DNA of 50,057 bases. Origin: Saprolegnia diclina VS20. Lineage: Eukaryota. Below, piece by piece: positions 1 through 10,838 of the stretch. Below the pieces are notes generated by a model. It saw only the letters and a program-made list of their open reading frames with translations. It had not been told where the DNA came from and did no database searches. The position numbers and the translations under genes were made by a program. The DNA is taken from contig NW_008246100.1 in the NCBI RefSeq assembly GCF_000281045.1, positions 528,432 to 578,488 of the forward strand. The letters run 5' to 3'. How positions within the stretch are numbered: position 1 is the first letter of the stretch; each line of letters begins with the position of its first letter.

Positions 1-210
1 CGCTATTCGCAGTCTGCTGGTGATCAATCGTTGAGGCTCGCGCTGGAGGCCACCAACAACGATCAAAGCCGCTCGCAAATCAGATTCTGTACGGTACACT
101 GGCCGCAGCATGGGTGCCGGTAGCCATCGTGATACCTTGATTCAGCATCGCGATGTGGCTCTGTGGGGCTCGGGCAGCCACCCAGAGAAGAAATCTTCGC
201 TACAAAGCAT

Positions 211-233
211 GCTACTGCTACTACTGCTACTAC
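211..233. repeat. Short imperfect (CTA/CTG)n microsatellite
   Basis: gctactgctactactgctactac read directly. Confidence 0.7.
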
Positions 234-356
234 ACTTCCGGTACCGTACTAGTACATCGGTGTCTTTCTTCCATACAGTGTCTTTTACACTGTACATACA
301 CAGTATTACCGCAAAGTTCAACTTGGCTGGATTGTTTCTCGGCGCGTAATGCTACA

Positions 357-1076
357 TCACGGCGTCGTTGCCATACTGGGTTCGCCCGTCAATGGCGGCT
401 CTCGGACGACGTAGACGTTGAGGCGCAAGGGAAGCGCGGATGCTGTCGACGCTATTGGGTACAGCGCTCGACCTGGCACATACGGCTCGTCTGGCGTAAG
501 CACCCACGAATTTTGCAGCTCCTCCTGGACCCTTGTCTCGGGCGCCGCGCTCTCTTCGTAGGTATCGACATACAAGCGAAACGACTTGGTGAACGGCGTG
601 CCCGCCGGTGCGACCGCCACCGCTGGCGCCGACGCGATGTGCACAAGTGCCTTCCGAAAGGCCTCTTCAATTGCCACAAGCGGCATCTCACCCTTGGCGC
701 TGGCGTGGACGCCGACCTCAAAGACGCACGTGTCGAGGACCTCGCCCGACGCTGCAAGAATCGCGACGTGCAGCTTGTCCAGTCGCCCGTCGACGATCCA
801 CGCGCGACAGCTCTCAAGCATCGTGTGAATGTACTCGCCAAGCGCGGGATGACGACACACATGCACGGGCACGCTGTATTTTTGACAACGCTCAAAGAGC
901 TCTAAAGGAAATTGAAGAGATGTGCGAAGAAGACCGCCGTACCTGGCGGGTAGACTTGCCAGCCATAGCTACAGCAAGGGGCGTGAGCGGTGGCAGCAAG
1001 CAGGAGAAGCATACATGAATTCGTGGACCCCGACCTCGAGGAACTCGACAACGAGGTCGGCCAGCACCGTCGTCAT
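357..1076 (-). CDS. REV7: HORMA-domain protein REV7/MAD2L2 (DNA polymerase zeta accessory subunit), 3 exons
   Basis: Manual splicing (introns 969-1014 and 902-942, GT-AG) gives MTTVLADLVVEFLEVGVHEFIYGWQVYPPELFERCQKYSVPVHVCRHPALGEYI..., matching the REV7 N-terminal pattern EFLEV.vH.ilY.R.vYP..iF...kY.vPV...rHP.L..YI; continues in ORF 357..872. Confidence 0.88.
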
Positions 1077-1675
1077 CGTCTTTGTAAACGACCGTCGGAT
1101 TGGTGGGTTTTTGGCCAATCATACGCGATTGCAATGCAAGACTGGCCGTTCGCCCGGCGGAAAGGTCGGTCGATCGGAGTTGTGCTGTGCTGCCACTATC
1201 ATTCTCTGCAGTGCAATCTTCCACTGCCCACTGCGGCCAAATGATCTGCCGCATTGGGTGAATGCGCGCCTTTTCTTTGCGTCCGCTTGAAGGAGCGGCA
1301 TCGGATGCTACTAATAGCCCGCTGAAACAGTGTTGCTCGCTGCTGGCAATGCATACACTGTACGAGTGTGCGTCCAGTGGCCAGCACCCATGCCCACCAC
1401 CCCGCGACTCATCCAATCGTTCATCCTCGGCCGTGTCCAGCTAGCTGCCTTGCCGCCGATGGTCTTCGATCGGACAACCACCACGTCCATCAAGGGAAAT
1501 CGTGTCTATTGTTCAACAGTGTATGCTACCTCACAGCAAAAAGACATGTCTAAACTACAGTGCGCGCGGAAAATGGGCGCCGTGGACGAGCATCAGGTGT
1601 GCGCGGAACGTCCTGCGCAGTCGTACGACAAGAACGTCGTGGCTAGAGTTACATGGGTCGGGCAGCGGGTGCAAG

Positions 1676-2338
1676 TTAGCCCGTGCGGAGGCGCTTGAGC
1701 GCCGCGGCGGCGTCCGACGTCGATAAGGATCGCTTCCTTGTCTTCTGGGGCGACGACGGGCCGGCTAGCCGTTCGGCCTGCACACACACCACAACGTCGC
1801 AGGCGGCGCTTGTCGCGTCCACGGCCTGCACGAGGGTCATCTGCACGACTGCGTTCATCGTTTGGCCGCCAACGGGCTCATCGTGCACAGAGGCCGAGGC
1901 AGTGATGGTGTCGTTCAGGAGCAGCGTGGTCTGGAGGCGCGAGACCGCGTACTTGCCCGAGAGCTCCTTCTCGAACGCGTGGCGGCAGTGCGGGCACGTG
2001 TTGCGGCGCGAGAGCCACTCGCGGATGCAGGTGTGATGAAAGGCGTGCTGGCACGGCAGCGCAATGCGGTCATCGTCCATCGGTGACATGCAAATGACGC
2101 ACGCATCGTCGGACGCGGCGACCTGCCAGGACGGGAGCTGCGCGAGGATCGTCGTGCTCGTGGGCGTGTACGCCTTGAGGTGCGGGCCAATGTACGTGAC
2201 CATAAAGTTGGCCCACGTCGTCGACTCGAAGACCTGGATGACGTTGGCGACGTTGGCGCCGGGCAGCGCCTTGTACTGCACGTTGACGTTGATGTGAACG
2301 CCCTTTGTCATGCTCGGCGCGAATTGGGAAATGACCAT
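1676..2338 (-). CDS. RING-H2 zinc-finger protein (putative E3 ubiquitin ligase)
   Basis: CVICMSPMDDDRIALPCQHAFHHTCIREWLSRRNTCPHCR = C3H2C3 RING-H2 inside ORF 1676..2530. Start codon uncertain (ATGs near 2311, 2338, 2401). Confidence 0.8.
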   Translation of the reverse strand: MVISQFAPSMTKGVHINVNVQYKALPGANVANVIQVFESTTWANFMVTYIGPHLKAYTPTSTTILAQLPSWQVAASDDACVICMSPMDDDRIALPCQHAFHHTCIREWLSRRNTCPHCRHAFEKELSGKYAVSRLQTTLLLNDTITASASVHDEPVGGQTMNAVVQMTLVQAVDATSAACDVVVCVQAERLAGPSSPQKTRKRSLSTSDAAAALKRLRTG

Positions 2339-2499
2339 TACGCAGACAAGGGTCTGGTCAAGAAGTATGTAATCCTGGTCTCCATTAGTTGAGGTACCCA
2401 TCCGATAATCTTCTATGCCACACGTTTGCGAGCACTGTCGCCGCGCGTTCCGCGGCCTCTTCGCGCGGCGCCGAATCTCAACGCAGTGATATTTTGCTG

Positions 2500-2515
2500 T
2501 ATCCGGATCCGGATA
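2500..2515. promoter_or_regulatory. Perfect 16-bp palindrome TATCCGGATCCGGATA (two abutting inverted TCCGGATA sites)
   Basis: Sequence is self-complementary; lies upstream of the RING gene; the same 8-mer recurs in five other upstream regions. Confidence 0.55.
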
Positions 2516-4369
2516 GGAAAGTCGGATCATCTTTATACTCGTGTTTGTATGCGACGTACACTGTACGAAGCAGTGTATTTTTCGGATTGCAGCGCGCGCT
2601 TTTTCTCGGTGCTAGTGCAGGGTCTGAGTGTAGGTAGGCTGCTGCACAGCGTTCCACCCTGTTCCAGTCGTGAAGAGAGAAGCTTGCCTATCATCGGCTT
2701 CAAGGAATCAATGACGCGTTGGAGCCGAGCCACCGGAACAGCACTATTGATTGTCAACACGAAAGGAGTCTGTCCCATGAGCAGCCGACCAATCCAGTGC
2801 TTTTACCGGGCACCCTGCACGACCAGAGCGCAGTAGCGGGCCGTAATGCTATCGACTGTCGGCATTACGAGTTGCTGTACACGCTGCCTTGCACGAAAGC
2901 GTTGGCAACGCCCGGCCTCCTTGCACTTACGAGCGGTGACCACTGTTGGTTGCGCACTGGTTCGAAAGTACGCCATTGCAATGGCACTTCTGAGCTGCCG
3001 GATGTTCCACGCGAAGTGTCATTGACGCGCTGCGATTGGTGAGCTACGGTCGTCGGGCTTGGTTTTGTGTGGACAGAAGCATCAGAACCAAACACATCTG
3101 GTGCGTGCGTGTCTGGTCTGGCGCCAGACGAGATACTCACACGGCCGTCTCCCCTGCACCACGATAACACCACATAAAAGAAAGGCTCACGATCCAAATG
3201 GCACAGCACGGAGGACATCTGTACCTGTAATGCGCCAGCTCATCTCCGCACAAACGCTGGTTGGTGGACCCAACACGTCAGGCCCGCTGGCATCAATTCG
3301 TCCGTCCAGACGACCGATGTGCAAGGCGCACTTGACACAGGAGAAAAACGTCTACAGGGATGTGCGTCTGCCGTTGTGGCAACCACTTTAGGGCCCAAAC
3401 GTCGCTCTTCAGCCCTTGCGCTGGCTGGTGCCAAATGGGATCGTAACCTCAACTGCATTTTCTTACGTCCTACTCATCGGTAGGACTCGAGGTACTAGTG
3501 GTTCACGACCAAGACATCAAACCCTTGTGCATACTTATCTTGGTCGCGATTTTCAAGCCCTGGCTACGAGTAAGAAGTGAGATGCCAAAGCTAACTCTTA
3601 ATGGGCAAGTACAAATGTTCAATACGTTAGCTGGGGCGCCATCACTCGAGGCATAAGGGACGACGTTGACGGGACTGCATCCATTGTCGTGTCGGTGGAT
3701 ATTGTTTGTGATGGTTGTCACACACGGCATGACAACGAGTGTGCAAAATCGCGCCACGTCAGCTCATAAATCAGCAAAGACTACGACTTGAAGCCTCGCT
3801 CGACGACGAGCTTGGGCTGCTTGCTCTGGTACATGTAACAAGGGGTATCAAACGTGCTTTGTTCGCTTTGCTGTGATTCACCACGGGACTGCACTTGACG
3901 ACCCACTTGGACAACAACCACGGGACTGCTCTTGCTCATGCTGAGGCACTCAGATCTCAGCGACCTTTGTTATTTGAGTGAAATCGGTTTCAGCAGTATT
4001 TGTGCCAACCTGCTCACGGATTTGGGCGCAACGACTATGCGATGGTTGGTCGCTCGTTTCTCGTTGCTTTGAGCCTATTTGCCGCCAGCAACCAGATGGA
4101 CGACTGATCAACACGACTCTCTTGGCCTCAGTATGGCCCGTCAGTCCTCACGCGACAACATATTTGGCCGAGTCCGAGGCCGCGACAATTTTCCGCGGCT
4201 TCCGTCCGCAACCGACGCGGCTTCTGCGACGAGCTGGCTAACCCTCTTTTGCTCGAATCGAGCAATAGCACTCGCAACGCCCAATCAGCGACGCGCGAAC
4301 AAAACTGTGGCCAATCGAAGCGCTCGGCCGCGATCCTTCGCTTGGCGGCGTCCAACCTTCTTCTTTGGT

Positions 4370-4384
4370 GCATTGCGCAATTTG
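4370..4384 (+). promoter_or_regulatory. Oomycete Inr+FPR-like core promoter, preceded by CCAAT boxes (~4281, ~4311)
   Basis: GCATTGCGCAATTTG ends 14 nt before the ATG at 4399 and resembles the oomycete Inr/FPR element (CATT..NCAWTT). Confidence 0.6.
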
Positions 4385-4398
4385 CTCTTTGACGAAAC

Positions 4399-5346
4399 AT
4401 GAAGTCGACATCGTTGATTGCGCTGCTCGCTGCCACTTTGGTGACCGCGCAGCAGCCCGGCCAGTGCAAGACGACGCCCGACTGCGCGCAGTATGGCTCG
4501 GGCTACACGTGCGTCGCCGTGCAGTCGGCCATCGCTGGCATCACGCTCGCGTCGCAGTGCGTCATTGGCACGACCTGCGGTGGCAACACGCCCGGGAAGT
4601 GCCCAACATTTAGCTCATGGTCGTCCAAGTTCCAAAAGATCCAGCCGGTCTGCGCCTTCACCAATGTCACCAACTGCGTCAACCCGATCAAGGACGGGTC
4701 CACGGCCAGCTCGGCGGCCGGCTCCACGAACGTCAACTGCTACCAGGCGACCTTCACGGCCAACAACGTCTCCCAGATCGTCAATGGCATTTACAAGTGC
4801 GTCGACTCGGGCATCTACGTCTCGCAGAACCTCGGCGCCATCACCAACTTGACGACGACGCAAATGGACACGTGCGCCGGAAACACGTCGACGAGCGGCG
4901 GCGCTTTGTGCAACGGCCACGGCACATGCGCGCCGACGGTCGCCTTCTCGAGCAAATACCAGTGCCTCTGCAACGAAGGCTTCTCGTCCTCGGACAACTG
5001 CAATGTCGCGACGTCCAACGTGTGCGACAGCTTTGGAAGCTGCGGTTCGGGCAACTCGTGCGATACGACTTCCAAGCAATGCAGCTGCTCGTCGGGCACG
5101 AAAGGTCCCCAGTGCTCGCAATGCGACTCGACGGCCGCGGCCTCGAACCAGTGCAGTGGCAACGGCGTCTGCAGCACGGAAGGCGTCTGCAAGTGCAACT
5201 CTGGGTACACGGGCTCCCTCTGCGCCAAGGTGGCCACGGACAAAGCGGGCAGCACGACGGGTGATACCAACAAGACCGGCGCGGCCACACAAACAACGCT
5301 GTCACTAATTGCGGCCCTTGTCGTCGTTTTGGCTGCCGCGCTCTAA
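4399..5346 (+). CDS. Secreted cysteine-rich EGF-like surface protein, probably GPI-anchored
   Basis: Single 315-aa ORF; signal peptide MKSTSLIALLAATLVTA; EGF-like units (CNGHGTC...CLCNEGF; CSGNGVC...CKCNSGYTGSLC); S/T/G spacer followed by a hydrophobic C-terminus with no cytosolic tail. Confidence 0.85.
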   Translation: MKSTSLIALLAATLVTAQQPGQCKTTPDCAQYGSGYTCVAVQSAIAGITLASQCVIGTTCGGNTPGKCPTFSSWSSKFQKIQPVCAFTNVTNCVNPIKDGSTASSAAGSTNVNCYQATFTANNVSQIVNGIYKCVDSGIYVSQNLGAITNLTTTQMDTCAGNTSTSGGALCNGHGTCAPTVAFSSKYQCLCNEGFSSSDNCNVATSNVCDSFGSCGSGNSCDTTSKQCSCSSGTKGPQCSQCDSTAAASNQCSGNGVCSTEGVCKCNSGYTGSLCAKVATDKAGSTTGDTNKTGAATQTTLSLIAALVVVLAAAL

Positions 5347-5926
5347 ATCGTATTCCAGCGATCCGAATACATGAATCTTTGCTACTTGATATGTCCAACC
5401 ACCCCAAGAATCAGCGGCAAGCGGCCGTCCAGGGTATCACGCCACCGTCAGTGCGGTGGTGCAGGAAGAGGACGCGACCGTGCAAGCAAAAGTGCTGGAA
5501 GCTTCTCGCCAAGGATTCTACCTCTCGCTGAGAACCCTTCGCAGTCGTTCTTGGTTTCAGACGGCCACCGCGGTCCTCTCCACAAGTCGCCATCTCGGCT
5601 ACTCGTGGCGCCATCTTGAGTCTCTAAAAGGACATACCGGTTGTCCGTATACGTTTGTCCGGATAGTCCTGTGACAACGGATGCACCATTTGATTGGCGA
5701 ACAGCGCATTTATATTAATACCCACTCGTTTGTATGCGGATGCGACGTAGTGAAATAAAAAATACAGCGCAAAACAATACGTCCCTGGCAATAGAAAACC
5801 AAAGGTATTTTAAAAACAGTGCGAAATGCAGCGGCGCAAGTGGTTGGTGTGGAATGATGGCCTGCTTTCACTGGCCAGAAGTATTAGTCCAAAAAGCATT
5901 CCTAGTTTTTCCTCAAAAGCTCGAAC

Positions 5927-6181
5927 ATGGTACGTCGGCCGCGGAAGCGCTACGAGTAGGCGCTCATGAGCATGGTAGCCTTCGCACAAGTCGTTCCGTA
6001 CCAAGACCATCCTCGCCAAGAAGATGAAGCAGAACCGCCCGATTCCCCAGTGGATTCGCCTCAAGACGGGCAACACGATCCGGTACAGTGGCAGGATGGC
6101 TGTGCACGCAGAATGGCTCATCCGTCTTGTAGCTACAACGCCAAGCGCCGCCACTGGCGCCGCACCAAGCTCGGCTTGTAA
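5927..6181 (+). CDS. RPL39: 60S ribosomal protein L39 (eL39), 3 exons, first exon contributes only ATG
   Basis: Introns 5930-5978 and 6083-6132 give [51 protein letters not shown]. Confidence 0.97.
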
Positions 6182-6395
6182 GCGCGCAGCGAATCTGCAA
6201 GGCAAGCGATGCGTTAACTTTGATGAATGGGGGATGATGGACCGTCGTTCGACCACTGCGTGCGATACCCGTGTCTCTCGTTCGTCTCTGTTGGACGCTG
6301 TACTTTGCCATGCTTGCACTAGCTTTTGGGGAATTATCGACTTCGTAAGACGAGTGGAGAATACAATGATTCACTTTTGACTGCGATGCTACACT

Positions 6396-7601
6396 CTACG
6401 CCGCCAAGCTCGCCGAGACGAGCGCAAAGAGCCCGGACGGGTTGTCGACGTGCACCCAGTGGTCCGACTTGGGCAGCAAGTGCACGTGGACGCGGTCGCG
6501 CGACGGCAGCGCGTCAAACCGGTTGAGCACCGATTGCGTCCAAAACTTGTTGTACTCGGCGCGGACAAAGTGGATTGACGTGCTTGGCGGCGGGTGCGCC
6601 AAGATCGGCCAGCAGTCGGTGGCGAGGAACGCCTTGAAGAGCACGTCGATCACCGGGAGGTCCATCTTCCACTCAAACTCGTCGGCGTTGACGGCCGTCG
6701 GCTTGAGGTTGGTCGTCATCCACTGCGCTTGGCCCGTCTCGAAACCCTTGGCCTCGAGGACAGCGACAAGCTCGCGCTTGGACTTGATCGGCAGCGGCAC
6801 GCTGAGAAGCGCCGGAAGCACATGGTCCGTCGAGCTAAAGCTGACCTCTTGCGTTCGCGCCACATAGTCGGTTTGCGCTACGACGTCGTGAAGTCAATCA
6901 CCCAAGGATGACTGGGTGCGTACCGCAGCCGGGCAATGCGTCAAGGACCCACGTGTCACGGGGCACGCTGCGGTGCTGGCGACGGCACGCGTCGAGGTAC
7001 GTCAAGGCGACCTTGCCACCAAACGAGTGGCCGGCGACAACGTCCGGCGTCACGTCAAGTGCATCCGAGAGGTCGCTAGCGCAGCAGGATCACCCACGCG
7101 TCACATGAAGAAGACACGTACATGACGTCTTGCGCGCACGCGCCGAGGTTGTGCGGCGGGCTAAACGACGGGCTCTCGCCGTGGGCTAATAATATGCGCA
7201 CAATTATGCAGGGTCAGCGTTCATAGAGCGTACCGCGGTGGTCGATCGCGACGACTTGCCAGTTCGGGTACGTGTTAACGATGCTACAGGCCGCCCCTGG
7301 AGCTTCTCTTCTCAGTGCGAACGTACCGTCGGCAGAACGTGCCCCAGTTGCCCTTGTTGCCTAGTCCAAACAGAGATGAGCCACGAGGTGCCACGCGAGC
7401 AGACGTCTACCAAGAATGCCATGCATGATAAAGATGGTCTTCTTGGAGGGATCCAGCGTCGTGCCGCCGACGATCGTGTGGGCGAGCGTGCTCTGCGCTC
7501 GCGCCGCAAGGCTAGGGCTAGGATGAGCGCCAATTCGCTGCGATAACCTCGCTGTCGTACCGGCCAAGGTGTGTCAGCTTCAAGGGTCCGTGGCGCAGCA
7601 T
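6396..7601 (-). CDS. Alpha/beta hydrolase, ABHD11-like, multi-exon, probable mitochondrial presequence
   Basis: Spliced motifs IFIMHGILGNKGNW, AIDHRAHGES, nucleophile elbow GHSFGGKVAL and catalytic-His region SDHWVHVDNP; Arg-rich N-terminus MLRHGPLKLTHLGRLAARAQS. Confidence 0.88.
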
Positions 7602-7915
7602 GTTCGGCCTCGAAAATAACAAAGCGACTCTGGTGCAACGTATTCGCTTTGAGAGGTCTGTAAATATCATGTTAAAGAGGTCCTCAGACAACCCGATGGC
7701 ATGTCGCACATCACTTGCCAAGATTTGGCGCAGCTTTTGGCGCCGGTCACCTAACAAGCAGCGCCTTCGTCGATCGCAACCCGGGCAATCGGCAGATACT
7801 TCTTGGCGGCTGCGCAACGAAGGACGAAGCGCAGAGACGAGCTATTTCTTAGACATGCAAGGAAAAGCTTATAGTTGATGATTGTTGTTGTTAATTCACA
7901 GATAATATTGGGGTC

Positions 7916-8503
7916 TTAGCATACTTTTTGCTGGTACGAGTACATGGAGATAGGAAGCGACGACATATCGACCGTCTTGGGCGGGATATGGGCCTTTGTC
8001 GGGCCGACCTCGTCGCGGTTCGAGGCCGAGAGCGATCGTCGCTTGGTGAGAAACTTGCCGCGGAGCGAGCCCTTGAGGAGGTCGTAGAGGTAATGGTACT
8101 GCGTGCGAAAGTACGCTTCTTCTTCGTCCTCATTCATGTTGAGCGACGCGTGCTGCGGCTCGCGCCAGTAGTGTCGCTGCCACGAGTGGATCGCGTTGCC
8201 CCATTCTTTGCGCTCGGCGTTGGACGGCGCCGAGAGCATAAAGTTCTCGGGCGTCCCGATCGGGTTTTGCCGGCCGTTGACGAGCTGCGTGCGGCAGACG
8301 CTGACGTGGAAGCTGTGGTCGCACTGGTACGCCTCGGCCGGCGTCGCGCCGCGGATCTTCAACTTGGTTTTCGAGAGCCCGATCTCGTCAATGAACGCGC
8401 CGTGGCGCTCGTCGTAGAAGCGGACCTTGCCGTCGGCGAGGACAACATAGACGATCTCCGAGACAGTCGACCCGTGGCGGATGAGGTACCCTTCCTTGGA
8501 CAT
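7916..8503 (-). CDS. PH-domain protein
   Basis: MSKEGYLIRHG...YVVLADGKVRFYD...FMLSAPSNAERKEWGNAI is a typical PH fold signature. Confidence 0.85.
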   Translation of the reverse strand: MSKEGYLIRHGSTVSEIVYVVLADGKVRFYDERHGAFIDEIGLSKTKLKIRGATPAEAYQCDHSFHVSVCRTQLVNGRQNPIGTPENFMLSAPSNAERKEWGNAIHSWQRHYWREPQHASLNMNEDEEEAYFRTQYHYLYDLLKGSLRGKFLTKRRSLSASNRDEVGPTKAHIPPKTVDMSSLPISMYSYQQKVC

Positions 8504-8858
8504 GCTCGTCGTCGTCTTTGGCGGCGAATTGGCAAATACTCTCCCAACGCCAGACGTGACGCAAGTCGTAGTCGAACGTGCAGCTTGCGTGACACGCGCA
8601 CCGGGCCTTTCTGATACGAACCTTGCACTTTGTATGCGCACCTATTTCCCGAGATCACGCGGAAAGACAGCGCGGCTCGCCTTTGCGCCGGTGTCCGGAT
8701 AAATCAAAAGCCGGAGTATGTACTCTGACAGGTTTATGCGTATATTAACAAAGAGAGGTCGGGCTCGCGGGTTGGCTGGCACAGACGGCGCCGAATTGAT
8801 TGGTTTGGAGTTGCGGCCTCTGCGCTTTGGTCCGAGGGAGTTTTCACTATTGGTAAAC

Positions 8859-8875
8859 GCTCATTTTCCCCAATT
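8859..8875 (+). promoter_or_regulatory. Oomycete Inr+FPR core promoter of RPS24
   Basis: GCTCATTTTCCCCAATT immediately upstream of ATG 8879; reverse CCAAT (GATTGG) near 8798; TCCGGATA at 8694. Confidence 0.7.
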
Positions 8876-8878
8876 AAA

Positions 8879-9462
8879 ATGTCCGACAAGGCTCCCGTCA
8901 CCGTCCGCACGCGCAAGTTCCTCCGCAACGCGCTCCTCGCGCGTCGCCAGATGCTCGTCGACGTCCTCCACCCGGGCCGCGCCAACGTGCCCAAGGCCGA
9001 GCTCCAGGAGAAGATCGCCAAGATGTACAAGATCGCCGACACCAACACGGTGTTCCTCTACGGCTTCCGCACGGCCTTCGGCGGTGGCAAGTCGTCGGGC
9101 TTCTGCCTCATCTACGACACGGTCAACGATGCCAAGAAGTTCGAGCCCAAGTACCGCCTCATTCGCGTACGTACTAATTGCCTCTTGGTCATCGGCAGAC
9201 GTGGCATCGTCATTGTTGGATCTCTCTCTCGATGTGATGATGCATGATGACGCTGATGATGCCACGCACTGCGTCCTGTCCAACGCATGAAACTCCATGG
9301 ACAGATAGGCTCATGCGCGTTTGTTTCGTTTCGTAGCAAGGCCTCAAGGACAAGGTCGAGACCTCGCGCAAGCAGATCAAGGAGTCGAAGAACCGCGGCA
9401 AGAAGGTCCGTGGTGTCGGCCGCCGTATCGCTCGCCACAAGGCCGCCAAGGCCAACAAGTAA
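8879..9462 (+). CDS. RPS24: 40S ribosomal protein S24 (eS24), 2 exons
   Basis: [39 protein letters not shown]...[14 protein letters not shown]...[12 protein letters not shown], intron 9167-9336, then [26 protein letters not shown]...ANK*. Confidence 0.97.
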
Positions 9463-10478
9463 GCGATCTCTTGATCCAGTTCGCTGCTTGGGGAGCCCGA
9501 TCGTTTACTGTTGGGAGCGTTGCCGCGGTGTGCTCGCTAGCATCATTCTATCGATTTGGATAACATGATGTGGTCGACCGCAGTGACAACCTACTTATAT
9601 CTCGTCTTTTTGCGTTCCTTTCAGCGCTAAGACGAACCAAGCTCATTTTTGGCTACGTTCGCAGGTTGCACATTGGCCTTTGTTTCTCGAACGACCTTGG
9701 ATGCAATTGTACAGCGTAGTCCTCGCAGCATCGTTGACGATGGCAGTGTACCGCGGTCCCGTTCTCACGGCCTCGCTCGAGCTCCCGACGTGGACTGGAC
9801 GCGCACTTTGCGACGCCCAACAACCGCGAGAGATCGCATCTCGGATGCTACAAGCCAACAACAACACTCGTATCCAAGATCGTTCGTCCAACTGAGGTGC
9901 GTTAACAGGTATTAGTGCACCGGTCCAAATAAGGCTTCAAAGTAGAAATACGAGTCTATGAGCGGGAGCTTCATAGCATGTTGGTGAACTCGGTGGTGCC
10001 GGAACGAGTGCTGTTGCGATGCCTGTGAGCTCCGCTGGTGTGGGCTTGTCGATTCTTCGATCACGCCCAGCGTCTGTTGTTTGTCGCTGCGAGTCTGCTC
10101 CCATGGTATATGTACTTTCATTGGCTCGACTGGTTGCATCACCGCAGCGGTCCAACGCGCTGCAGAAAGAAGAGCGGCGAGATTGCACGATGCAATGGTC
10201 GACTCGGTGACCTCCTGCCAAAGCTCGTGGCCATGAGGAGAGTGTCTTGCTTTCACTGTCGCTCAGCGACGGGGCGTAAATGCCGTGACATCGCCGGTGA
10301 GTTCCATGATATTGCGTTTCATAGCACAAACGTCGGCGGCATAGACCAAAACCTCACCATTCTCAGCGCCCTCGGCCAACCCGACGTCGGCCAAGACGAT
10401 GGGGACTCGTCCAACGTATTCGCACCGGACCACGGCTTGCTCTTTGCTGTCGATGCCTCCAGAGAGCTTCAAGTCCTT

Positions 10479-10753
10479 CTAACGCAATCGTCTACTGCAG
10501 TCGACGAGCGACAATGGTTCATTGGTATGATAGCTCCTGCTCTCGTTCGAGGCCAATGTTGGTGATGTCGAGCTCGTCGTCGTCGAAGCGTCGTCCGACA
10601 CGGAGCGATATCGTGCCAGTGGCAGCGACCCAAGGTGATCGCTGCTGGCCGCGTGCAAGCAAGCGATAACGGCGCCAAGTAAAAAAAGCTGTTGGGCCCT
10701 CGAATTAGGCAGGCGTTTTCGCAGCAGCAGAATACAAATATAGTGGGTTTCAT
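10479..10753 (-). CDS. Putative small secreted Ser/Thr-rich protein (signal peptide split by an intron; 3' end uncertain)
   Basis: Exon 10753-10736 (MKPTIF), 47-nt intron GTATTC...CTAAT...CAG (10735-10689), then LFLLGAVIACLHAASSDHLG...; the join restores a classical signal peptide in frame. Confidence 0.4.
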
Positions 10754-10838
10754 TTGCTGAAGCGGCGCAAGCGAGACGACACGGAAGACTCGTCGCGAAT
10801 CGCAGTACATGGAACGCGCCTAAGGACGACGAAGATAC

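Noticed and set aside
3880..3934. Repeat-spacer-repeat resembling a mini CRISPR
   Set aside because: Only two 18-nt units, eukaryotic context, no cas genes.
2533..4300. Short ORFs in the long intergenic interval
   Set aside because: Lack the codon bias of the real genes; no domain or transposase motifs.
5411..5614. 67-aa minus-strand ORF with a good start context next to a TCCGGATA site
   Set aside because: No recognisable motif or supporting splice structure; cannot be supported without expression data.
9680..10565. Plus-strand ORFs 9680..9895 and 10038..10565
   Set aside because: Could not be spliced into a coherent frame; no recognisable domain.
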